The position numbers and the translations under genes are program-made. DNA of 63,803 nt, filler included, from Reticulomyxa filosa (taxonomy: Eukaryota > Protista > Foraminifera): assembly GCA_000512085.1 (NCBI GenBank). It is 23 parts of 23 records of this genome, joined end to end, with 100 filler letters (N's around TTAATTAATTAA, not from the genome) between each part and the next. Parts side by side here need not be neighbours in the genome. Positions count along the whole stretch, not along the records: positions 49,885 to 52,085 come from ASPP01023682.1; positions 52,186 to 55,380 come from ASPP01004051.1; positions 55,481 to 57,326 come from ASPP01003008.1; positions 57,427 to 60,258 come from ASPP01013273.1; positions 60,359 to 61,477 come from ASPP01023820.1; positions 61,578 to 62,656 come from ASPP01005083.1; positions 62,757 to 63,803 come from ASPP01014042.1; 16 more parts are not named here. One strand, written 5' to 3'. Below, piece after piece: positions 51,712 through 63,803 of this stretch. The notes beneath the pieces are model-generated. The model worked only from the letters and a program-made list of their open reading frames with translations, had not been told where the DNA came from and searched no databases. Numbering within the stretch: position 1 is the first letter of the stretch; each line of letters opens with the position of its first letter.

Positions 51712-52048
51712 TTAAGTAGATTGGACAGTGTTAGCACTATTGTCAAACGTAAGTGGCCCACTGGAATGAGAAAGAGTAGGTACTTGAGATTGCTGATTTT
51801 CGTGTTGCAGGTCAGATGCATTTTTGCAAACCTGAGCTTTTTTTTTCTCTTTTGCACGAGTGTGCTCTTCTTCTTTATCCGCATGTTGCCGCCGGTAATG
51901 TCCACGCAAGCTGCCTGCATGCACGAATTTCTTGTGACAATAGCGGCACTCATAAGGCTGCTCCCTCGTGTGGACACGGATATGGTTATTCAATGTACTG
52001 CGTTGAGTAAAAGAATGACCACAAGTATCACATTGGTAAGGTTTTTCA

Positions 52049-52049
<1 letters not shown>
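51712..52049 (-). CDS. C2H2 zinc-finger protein, last exon
   Basis: GEKPYQCDTCGHSFTQRSTLNNHIRVHTREQPYECRYCHKKFVHAGSLRGHYRRQH. Confidence 0.92.
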
Positions 52050-52085
<36 letters not shown>

Positions 52086-55000
52086 NNNNNNNNNNNNNNN
52101 NNNNNNNNNNNNNNNNNNNNNNNNNNNNNTTAATTAATTAANNNNNNNNNNNNNNNNNNNNNNNNNNNNNNNNNNNNNNNNNNNNATATATATTTATTTA
52201 TTTAGTGACTGTCATAATTTGATACGTATACTAGATCTTTCAAAGTTAAAATATATTTCAAAGAAGATACAACATAATTTTATGGAGTTGATAAAGTTAG
52301 TAATATTAATATGTATTGTGACATTTGATTAATATTTTGCTGATGGTTGTCAGAAGAATGGCATAATTAGTTGTAATTTGGACAACTTACACAAGTAATA
52401 ATAATCTACTGAACAAATTATTGCAAGTTGCGAACAAGAAAATCCAGATTAGGAATCACTGATAATAAAATCATAACTATTTGGAAATTCTCAGATTCGA
52501 AAAAAAAAACTTGTATTAATACATTTTATCACTAAATTATGGATAGAAAGATATTATGCCATTTTAAAAATCATTTAAAATTAGTATTGGTAAGTGATTC
52601 TAAAGAAATAGTCATATAAGTTGATTTTATGGAAATATTTGATACAGATATTTCAATACATTTTAAAAAATGTCAATATTCACTTTTTCAAAAAAAAAAG
52701 TATTAGCTGTCGATGAAATAGAGAAAGTGCAAAAAAACATGAATGCAATGATTTAGATGTCTCTTTGGAATGACAAAAATTTCTCCAGGGAATGCAATAC
52801 AAATACAATTTGTAAATACGATCATAAACAGAAACTGTAAATGAATTGTATGAGGAGCTATAGGTTTGAAATGCTTAGCTATGAATAGATGGATAGTAAG
52901 ACTATGTATTTCTTTGGAATAATGCAAAAGGAAGAGCTCGTACGATAGCGATTTCGTGTTTCTGTTCAATGTGTAATAACTTGCATTTGAGACCATGCAT
53001 CATTGTATTATCAAAACTACTCTTTTTTCGCACTTGGTAGTTAACTCTTAAAAGGTTACAATATTTAGTGGTGAGTATTGCGCGTAAAATAGTGATGTTG
53101 CAATTATCTCGAAAATATACAATTTAACATTTTGGCCACGTTCAATTCTCCATATCGCTGAATAATCCTTGGAAGATAAAAATCTGGAATAAAGATATTG
53201 ACAGTGTTAGCAAAGCATTTGACGTGGATCACTTAACATTTCTTATTAATGATATCACGAAACGTATCAGCAACTTTATTCTGACTTTGCAATTACACTA
53301 ATTTGCAAAAACAATGTCGCATATTACTACCTTATACATATTTCAATGTTCCTGATAGTATTGATATTTTCAACATATTTATTTGTTTTTTGATATTTTT
53401 TGGATCTGATTTGAAATTTTTTAAATCTGCTTTGTTTATATTTTTGTTCTTTTGGTGATACGTGTTGTTAAATTAGTCAAATGTGCTCTTTCAATTGTGC
53501 AATTACAAAAAGGCAATATATTACTACTAATAATACTATTTCTAACGAAAATCAACAATGAATTTCTAAAATTAAAAAATTACGTGTATAAATCTAATTA
53601 AAGAAAAAGACAATAGGTGACAAGATATTGTCTAAAAAAACTAAAAATCGATTATCTTCATAAAGTAACAAATGTGTTTGCCATTTTCTGCAAACTATAT
53701 AAAATTGTACATATTTTTTTGTTACTTATTCTTGTTTTACATGTCCTAAATCTAGTGCAAGAGACACTGGTAAAAATAAAACAAGACGAGTCGTTATAAG
53801 CAAGTACCCTTTTTTGTTCGCTTTCTTAGATTGATCTTTTCTTACAAGACTCCTGTCATTTGTGCTTTCCTACTCTGAAATTATTATTTAATTTCAAGAG
53901 CGAATTGTATTTAATCAAAAAATAAAAATAAAAAATGAGTTCCTATGCTTCAGTTCTTTGTGTTGTATTGGTTGTTGTTTTTTTTTTAAAATATATATAT
54001 GTATATGTATATGTATATAGATAGACAGATAGAACATGTACATGTATATTGTGATAGAAATACGCATACTCGTCGGGATTTGTTGAGTTGCAAGTATTTG
54101 TCGACAATGCAATAACACAAGCAACTGTCTTTTTATTTGTTTATTGTCAATATTTTGTTTTGATCTCTTGAGTAAATCTGTTTGTATATGCATAACTGTT
54201 TTTCTAGCAATACAACTTTTAAATTTTGAAATTGGGTAAATATATTTGATTTTTGACAAAAAAAAAAGTATTTTGTAAGATAAAATATAATAAAATTTAA
54301 AGAAAGAAAAGACACACATGCCCGTGTTTACAAATAAAATAATTTGTGAAAAAACACAATTGCAAATAGTGTGTTTCTTGATTTTTTTTACCAAGTAACA
54401 AAACTTTTGGAAGGACGTCATTTCAAACGTTCAGATCTTTGATGAATTTGCAGAGATTTGCTTTTGTTTGTGAATAATTTTTTATGTTAACTGATTACAA
54501 AAACGCTCTGAAGTCATTGTTTGACAAACACACTCTTTTCTTTTTTGTACTCTCATTTGAACAAAAATGTTTGATTCCATTTTTTTTTTCAACAAATAAA
54601 GATTATGTATTTAACACTTAACACATTTTTATATTTTTGAAAGATAATTGTAGCAAAATGAAAAGAGTACTTTTGTTCTTTTTAATGTTTGGTTGTTGAG
54701 TAGAATTTAATATCTAACAAAATTATATTTTCACTATTACATGAAAATCTCAAAAGAGAAATGAAATACATTCATTTTTTGAAAGATTTGAAAACAGCAG
54801 AAAAATTGACTTTTGACGAACTTTTCCTTTTTTTTTAAAAAAAAAGTATTCAATTCGTTTCCACCCAACTTTCTTTGCATGTGTTTGTTTGCTTGTGATT
54901 AGTTTGTTTGTTTTATTTCCTTGCTCCTGTTATTATCATGTGTTGTGATCCAGTTAACAGTACTAGAGAATATTACCATCCCTCTGAGCTGTGCAAGAGT

Positions 55001-56021
55001 TGCAGCTTAGGGGTGATGATGATGAGCAAAAAAGGGATCAATTGGGGCAAGGAATGGCCCCATGAGGATCCTGTGCCATTAATAAATTCTCTAAGAAATT
55101 TGCTGCCCGTTCCAGGATCATCTTTAAAAAGTAAGTAAAAAAATGTTTGCAATAATGATGATGTAAGTGTGTACTTTGCTTTTTTTTTTTTAAAACAAAA
55201 TAGATTTCCCGAGTACCTGCCAAGTGTTTCCGTTTCGAGAGTGTCGTTTGTTTGTCGATCGTCGCACAAGAGAAGAAAATTTTTTTAATAATAAAGAAAA
55301 TAAAGAAAAAAAAAAAAAGAAAAAAAAAAAAAAGAAAAAAAATAAATAAAGAAAAAGAAGAAAAAAAAAAAAAAAAAAAANNNNNNNNNNNNNNNNNNNN
55401 NNNNNNNNNNNNNNNNNNNNNNNNTTAATTAATTAANNNNNNNNNNNNNNNNNNNNNNNNNNNNNNNNNNNNNNNNNNNNAAAAAGAGAGTATGAGTCAG
55501 ATGGACACTTTACTGCTTCTCGAAAAACATACAGCCGTTTTGATTTTAGACAATAAAAGCGAGCATGTTTATTATGTAAATCACAACAATCGACAAATTA
55601 AAAGAAATAAATATAGATCTTTTTATCAAAGGTCTTATGATGTTTATCAACATATTCCGAATTATCATAACAACAGAAAATGGTCAAACAATAACTATAA
55701 CATAAATAATTTTAATCAAGCAAGACATCATAAAATTAGAAATGCTTATCAATATCAAGCATAAATCGATGAAATAAATATATAAAAAAATGGAAATAGG
55801 TATAAAAGTAACAATAATTACCAACATATCAACATTACTGTTATAATAAGAATAAGTATATACATGGTAGAAATTCGTTTTGGAGACAAGAGGGCAGACG
55901 ATAATACATGAATAGATTTTACCACGCGAAAAACACTCGGTAATGACTTAAACAAACAAATATTTTTACTTTTTTCACAAAAAACGATAATACTGAAAAC
56001 AAAACAGAACAAGTGGCAAAT

Positions 56022-56810
56022 TTAATAGTGGAAAAATGGATTCGACCTGCAAGAATTAAAAGAGGATGGATTAATGAGTTTAATAAACTCATTGCAAAAT
56101 GTTAAGTGTGTTTTTTTAAAAAAATTCAGATAGTATTAATTGACATGTTTTAACATAGGCAAAAGATTTAAGTTATTTAAAGAATTGCAAGTGCACTCAA
56201 AAAACGTAATGATGGCAGCATTTTCAGCAGACAATTACAATGTCATTGTGACAAGAATTGATGAATTTTAAAGGAAGTGCACTGCATTATGTGAAATTTT
56301 CTTCAAATAATAAATATATTGCGTTAAGTTCACAAAATGGAATATAATTATGGGATGTAAATTCTAGAAATGAGACAAACCTGCATCATTCAGGGCCATT
56401 ACATGGTATACAAATTTCACCTAATGGTCAAATGCTTCTATCAGCTGATTATAAAACAATTTCGTTATGGGTATACAATCAGGTGAATAGTGAAAAAATG
56501 AAAAATTCTATTAGTTTTACACGATTTACACAATTTCTCCAGATGGTAAATATATTATGATTTACGAATACTGATTGATACAAACATGAGATGTAGAGTC
56601 AGGGAGATTATTAGAACAAAAGTGCATATCTCCATTTATGATCGGAATGATATATTTCCCATATAATTAAATTTTTGTATTTTGGTTATGTGATGATTGG
56701 ATTGTACTGTTCGATATAAAATCAGGACATGAAACAGAAATATTTAGAGATTGGCTTCAGCCAATGGGTGTTGATGTTTCACTCGGGATATTTGTTATCC
56801 CCATATTCGG
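56022..56810 (+). pseudogene. Decayed WD40 gene with N-terminal W-x-R motif
   Basis: LIVEKWIRPARIKRGWINEFNKLIAK, then broken WD40 blades (AAFSADN, QISPNGQMLLSADYKTISLW, QFLQ/FSPDGKY). Confidence 0.6.
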
Positions 56811-57436
56811 ATTATTCATCAAAATATGTCATAACCATAAGTATAAAAGATATCATACTTTTTGTAATACAATTAAATAATATTCATAATACTTTAGCAT
56901 TTACATCATAAAAAAAATTCATTTTTAAAAGAATTTATATCAAGCAATGGATACTTCCTTTTTGAATCTGCTTTATTGCCTAGATTGCTGAAAAGTGTTT
57001 TGAATCAGACATTAATACATCATTTTACTTAGTCATTTTCTTCGACCACATAATTTTCTTATATCTTTTCATTGTGTCAAATTGACTAATCAAACACAAG
57101 AGAATATGCCTGATAAAGTAGAAGCATTCAAAGTTCCAACTTTAGCTTTAAATCGAGTTTAAGCGAAACAAAAAAGGAAAGCAATGGATATTCTCATGTT
57201 TCGATCAGAACTTTTTTTACAACTGGTAAACCTTGCCAAAAAACATGAAATATAAAAAGTTATCATGAGAAAGATCAAAAACGAGCATTAATTTTTAGTT
57301 GTTTTTGGCTAATATTGAAGAAAAAANNNNNNNNNNNNNNNNNNNNNNNNNNNNNNNNNNNNNNNNNNNNTTAATTAATTAANNNNNNNNNNNNNNNNNN
57401 NNNNNNNNNNNNNNNNNNNNNNNNNNGCAAAAAAAC

Positions 57437-57481
57437 ATCTAGCAATTACTTTTTTTTAGTAAAAAAAAGTAATTGCTAGAT
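57437..57481. repeat. Perfect 22-bp-arm palindrome with 1-nt centre
   Basis: ATCTAGCAATTACTTTTTTTTA-G-TAAAAAAAAGTAATTGCTAGAT. Confidence 0.92.
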
Positions 57482-57955
57482 ATGCCAGCCCAAAGCTAGC
57501 ACAAGTCCCCCTAACCCCGTTTTAGACCAGTTCAGGTGCAGGAAGAATCAACATTGCAACTGTTCTAATTTTTTGTACTACTGTTGAGGTAGTACAAAAC
57601 ACCATTGTTGCCTGCTCCCTTACCTTATATGAATTTTCATGCACACACTTTTTAAAAAAATTTTCAATTATTTTTCCAAGGGAACTTATTATATTTTTTT
57701 GGTCAAAACAAGTTGTATTTATATAATACGAAATTATTTGCAATTTTAAAATGACTATCAATACATGTTGTGTCATATTCAACAATAGATACAAATACAC
57801 ATTAACATTGAATTCATTCTTTAATAAACAAAGACAAAATCATTAATGTAAACCTCCACATGGCATATTGTATCCGATGAAAGAAACTCAAAAAACCACT
57901 AAAAATTACACCAATTTATAAGTAAGAAAGAATTGGCATTTAATAGTGGAAACTT

Positions 57956-59413
57956 TCAAACACTTGAGTTGGTAGTTGGTTTGGTGATGGCAATGCTGCA
58001 ATCGAAACCACAGATAATATCTTCAATGATTTCATTTGCATTAACTTTGAATTGACAATTATCCGAATGAACAACCCTCATATAAACGTTGATAGGAACG
58101 ACAACTTCAGACCACGGATACTTCAAATGATTGTAAGTGCCCACCAACAAAAATAGATTAAAATCAGAACCACACCAAACAATCATTTCTTTGGCAGTGC
58201 ATTTGATTTTCAATTGGATGGGAGTAGGTAGATTCATGCGCAAAGATCCTCCCAGTTGTTGCGTCAAAAAAGTGTGAATATTGAAGGCCAACGTGGGCAA
58301 CGCAGAAAAGGAGAGACTGTTGTTGATATAAGAAGCTCCGCTACCAAAGCCATACACATTGTATTGATCATCAATCACCATGGTGTGATTGTACCCGCAA
58401 TGCAATTGTGCGATTTGGATGTGTTTCTGTCGGAAGTAGGTGATTCTATGAAATCCACAAGAAACATTTCCCTCATCCACTCCCAATTGGTTGGCCTTAT
58501 TGCTTCCAAAGGCGTACATAGTATTGTCGTCAATGACATATACGCAGTGGCTACTGCCGTACGAATACAAGCGAATTATCGACGTAACAACGTCGATATG
58601 TTTATGCGCCTCTTGGATCGACTCAAAGAGGGGTTTAATGTCACGATTTCGTGGCTCATTTCGGAGTGATTCCAAAGTGATCCACAGTGGTACCACGTAT
58701 AACTCGCCGAATATTCGCATAAGATTTTTAACACATCCCTCAATGAATAGTGCAACATGTACTGGGTCATTCCGCACTTACGAAACCAACTTTCCACAAT
58801 CAATCGTGTACTTTGAGTATTTTCTTTTTTTTTTTTGTTATTATTGTGAAAGCAGAGGATAATGATTTTTATAAAAAAAAAAAAAAAAGGTATTAAATAT
58901 AAAAAAACTTGTTAGGACAACTGTTGCAAATCCTAAACACAATATGTCTTCAATCCCTCTCAGTGATTGCAGCTCTGACCATTCCAATGGCTCGGCTATT
59001 GTGCGGTAGTTTGGAAATTGCTTGTAATTGATGCCCAATTGCATGTCTGTGTTTTTACCCCATCGATAGTATTTTTTCTTTGGCTCATAGGATTTATCAC
59101 GTCGTGAATGAGCTTCTACACATATGTGATACCCAAACTCCGACACAAATAGTCTGTCGATCACCAACTTGTTCTCCTTGAAAAACTTGTTTTTACACAT
59201 ACTATGAACTTTGGACGGTGAACTGGGTTGTTGCTTTTCACCAAACACACTGAAATTGTCCTTTCCGTAAAACCATAGCTTATGATCAAATGCGTGGAAA
59301 ATTATTCCACCATAGTAACTTTTTATTTGTTTTATTTTATATGCATTTTTTTTTATTGACTGTTCCACTTTTCCACTTTCTCCAAAATTACTGAAATAAT
59401 AGGATCGTTCCAT
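57956..59413 (-). CDS. RCC1-like beta-propeller protein (spliced, apparent frameshifts)
   Basis: RWGKNTDMQLG, SHCVYV..YAFGSNKANQLG, IAQLHCGYNHTMVI..VYGFG, IEDIICGFDCSIAI. Intron 58824-58908. Confidence 0.8.
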
Positions 59414-60358
59414 TTCTGAGTTTTTCTAAAAAGAGTTGACACGTTAAGCTTTGCCGCATGGCCAAGGTGCTCAACTGAAATTTAATAAATGCTTATTAAA
59501 ACAATAACTTTCCATTTTTAAATGAACAAAGACTCTGTATCGAATATTTCTTTGGTTTGATGTTTGTATTCAATTTTATGTTGATTTATGTTGCAGCGTT
59601 TTTTTTTTCTAGCTTTATTGTAAATGCCGAATACAATACTTATTCTCAATAAGATCTTTTTCAAGTTGAAGTACGATGGTATGTCAAGCAACTGTTTTTA
59701 CTGGTAGTCTAGGTGTTGTGATTTGGACGGGCGAGCGTGCACACAAAAAAAAAGAAGGGCCAATATTCGGGTATATTAGCTTTACAAAAAAACTAATAAA
59801 ACTAAAACCAATAAGAAATGACAGAGAAAAATCAACGGGTACTGTGGAGTTACATTTTTTGTTTTGTTTGTGTTTTGCCACTAAGATAGTGCAAGAACAA
59901 CAACAACAAAACAAACCAGATGCACCAACACCTAGTGGAGAAGTTTGGAGGCAATAGCCTACATGGGAACCGTCATCAAAACAGGTCCCACCAATTGATA
60001 ACAGGACGAGTGACGACAAGTGCGCATACAAGCCCGGTACATTCAGGAGAAGATTTTTTGCAAATGTTGCAAAAGACCCATTTGGACGGCCAATCTGAAA
60101 GCACGCCACATAGGAATACCGTGGACAACGAATCGACGAAGCAAGAGAACAAGAATGACAAAAGTGACAGGGACACTGTTACATCAACAGAGAGCACTGG
60201 CGCGAATGTCAGCAGCTCTGACAAGTTATTTTTTATTTATTTTAAAAAAAAAAAAAAANNNNNNNNNNNNNNNNNNNNNNNNNNNNNNNNNNNNNNNNNN
60301 NNTTAATTAATTAANNNNNNNNNNNNNNNNNNNNNNNNNNNNNNNNNNNNNNNNNNNN

Positions 60359-61325
60359 GTTTTGTGACCAAATAAAAAAAAGGATTCTCCCATAGAATCC
60401 TTGATAGTGAAGAGAACTCAACTTGACAAGTGGACAAAGTTTGCAATTGGTCTTTAAAGTCAAGATCCTCCAAAGTAGATTTGGACAAAAAAAGAGATCC
60501 TTAAAAAAAAAAAAAGACATGACACTACAATTTCGACAAGTGGTGGAAGCACTACAGCGATGGTTGAGTGTATGTCAAGACCACAGAGTACTTCAAGCGA
60601 GAGGTATCTTGAAATTAACAACGATAATAGATTCTGAAAATGTTGCGCAGCTGGACGAACAGAATGAAGACAATATTGTGACAAAAAAACACCACGGACC
60701 AGCATCTTCGCATATCTTTTCAAACAAAGTTATAAACAAAGCCACATTGAACCAGATCACAAAAGGTTATTCCATCACTCACAATCGCCAACTCGCTAAC
60801 TTTGATGATGGTACACATGTAGACAACAATGATGTGAACCAGCAGCCGAGGATCTTGCAAGTGCGAGACCATACAAAAAAATCACTATGATGATCCATAG
60901 TACTCAACAACTCGTGACTATGTCGTTGACAATCGAATTGAATTAACTAATAATAGAAAAGTTGTTTTTTTTTTAAACATACGTACACATAATGTACATG
61001 CACACATGCTTTTTTTCCACTTTTAATTTGTTGAAGTTTGCATATCGATTTTTAACAGCTTAAAAAAAAAAAAAAACCAACAATCTGTTGACTTTTTGCA
61101 GATGCGATCAAATACATTGGGGAAAAACGATTGGTTAGACATTGAATTGGACGAATTCAATGTAAAAATCACAATGATAACAACTACTTCACCACCAAAG
61201 AAGGCCACTGCTTGTTTGTCACAAGGGGAAGCAATTGTCAACCAACTGGAGAATCGCAGCTACAATGAAGAAGTCTTCTTCGAAGTGAGCGACTGCGTCT
61301 CGCTTAAAGACAAAACCATGGGTCA
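60359..61325 (+). CDS. Hypothetical multi-exon protein fragment (possible C2-like domain)
   Basis: Coding-like ORFs 60423-60890 and 61096-61332 separated by intron-like sequence. Confidence 0.35.
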
Positions 61326-61595
61326 GTCTTAGCTTTTCTTTTAAACATTTTCTCTGCTTTAAGCGTTCCAACTTTGAGTATATCCAAAAAGAATATATAT
61401 ATATAAATATATGTACACATATACATATATTGGTATTGGACAAGCCAACACGTTAGATGTGCCAATTATAGGATTGGNNNNNNNNNNNNNNNNNNNNNNN
61501 NNNNNNNNNNNNNNNNNNNNNTTAATTAATTAANNNNNNNNNNNNNNNNNNNNNNNNNNNNNNNNNNNNNNNNNNNNAAAAAATAAAAAAATGGA

Positions 61596-62356
61596 ATGGA
61601 TTGCACACAACGATATAAATGGACATCACAGTCATCAATTTTAGCAGGAGAGATACGTAAAGAGGACCGATCATTGGAAGATCAATTGGAGACACTGCAA
61701 TCAATGCTGCAGTATATTCCAAGTGTGAAAGAGGAGGAGAAGAATGGGAAGACAATACTGCGTTCGGGGAGTAAGAAGAAGGACGTGAGCACGGACATGA
61801 GTCAGTACATAGGCGAGCCCCTCTGCAGTGGGTTTTTGATAATTCAAGAGGGGTCGGGTCATGACCCCCTGCGCTACTACTGCGAGTTAATGAATTGCAA
61901 TCAATTGTTGCTACGAAAGCAGCCCAACGGCAAGATCAAACAAGTCATCCATATTTCGTTTATCCAAAGCAACCTAGTCGACGACAAGCTGAAGGCGCAT
62001 GTCTCAGCAATCCACGAAGACGCCGAAGTCGAGGACACAAGCGACGTGAAGCATAACCTCGCCGATCAGGAACAGCACAAACAAGACGACAACGACGATA
62101 GTGCACCAGCCAAGCCTTCTACTAATGATTTATTTTTGGCTCACTTGGAATCGCAAGAAGCACATCACACTTTTAAATTGTTTTCCCCTTCAGGTTTCAT
62201 TCTTTTTTTTTTTCATATTGCATATTGCATATATGTACATATATGTATATAACCGAGAGGAAAGGGTTTTGTTGTTTGGTGGTTGGTAAAGGCATTTATA
62301 TTGTGTCGGCCGCTACGGAAAAAGACAAAGAGCGCTTTTCCACGCTGATTGAACGG
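61596..62356 (+). CDS. PH-domain-like protein fragment
   Basis: PLCSGFLII..RYYCEL..LLLRK..KQVIHI, a long insert, then FCCLVVGKGIYIVSAATEKDKERFSTLIE (C-terminal PH strand-helix). Confidence 0.5.
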
Positions 62357-62756
62357 TATGTCCATATTGTTCCACTGCACTTTGCTCACATACCAAAACA
62401 TGCCTTTTTTTTTTTTGCACGTGCATGCATACACCATTGCATGTCATCACTTTTTTTGTTGTACATATAATATATATATATATATATGTATACGTGTGTG
62501 TGTACATGTACATATGTGGATTGAATTGTTTGATGGGATGAATGGGGGACTAGAGAATTGAAAAAAATGTTCGATAAAGACACTTGGAGTGCGAAATGGT
62601 AAATTGAACAAGGCGAAGCTCTGCGTTTGTTTGGTTGTCTGTGTGTGTGTGTGTGTNNNNNNNNNNNNNNNNNNNNNNNNNNNNNNNNNNNNNNNNNNNN
62701 TTAATTAATTAANNNNNNNNNNNNNNNNNNNNNNNNNNNNNNNNNNNNNNNNNNNN

Positions 62757-63768
<1,012 letters not shown>

Positions 63769-63803
63769 GGGTGATCGACGTTCCGATTTCGCGAATTACG
63801 TCC

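Noticed and set aside
51487-52085. 216-aa plus-strand ORF
   Set aside because: Antisense of the C2H2 zinc-finger exon and its T-rich 3' UTR.
54908-55260. Possible spliced gene fragment (GTAAGT donor near 55130)
   Set aside because: Frame and strand are ambiguous and no motif was recognised.

Overview
This is not one locus. It is 23 short, unrelated contigs joined by 22 artificial 100-nt linkers (N44-TTAATTAATTAA-N44), so gene neighbourhoods mean something only within a contig. Contigs 1-22 come from an AT-rich, intron-containing eukaryote with many homopolymer runs and many decayed WD40, Kelch and TPR copies. This strongly resembles the foraminiferan Reticulomyxa filosa (my inference from family style, not a database match). 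Recognisable genes: ABCA transporter, CD2BP2/U5-52K-like GYF protein, Rab GGTase alpha, LDL3-like flavin amine oxidase with SRI-like tail, pyroglutamyl peptidase I, RNA polymerase largest-subunit N-terminus, circularly permuted ATP-grasp-like ligase, BTB-BACK protein, decayed Ty3/gypsy pol, KDM5-like PHD region, MmpL/RND transporter, putative G-protein gamma, AP-3 beta, C2H2 finger, RCC1-like and PH proteins. The last contig is a high-GC alphaproteobacterial rpoB fragment. Most notable signals: (1) introns with 5' T-runs and 3' A-runs instead of a polypyrimidine tract; (2) a dispersed ~200-bp non-coding repeat with four copies, one just upstream of a start codon; (3) a shared W-x-R helical motif attached to three different beta-propeller types; (4) two paralogs of an unrecognised EF-hand-like helical-repeat family; (5) bacterial-type genes that carry introns. 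Many frameshifts sit in homopolymers and are probably sequencing errors. All splice models are by eye.
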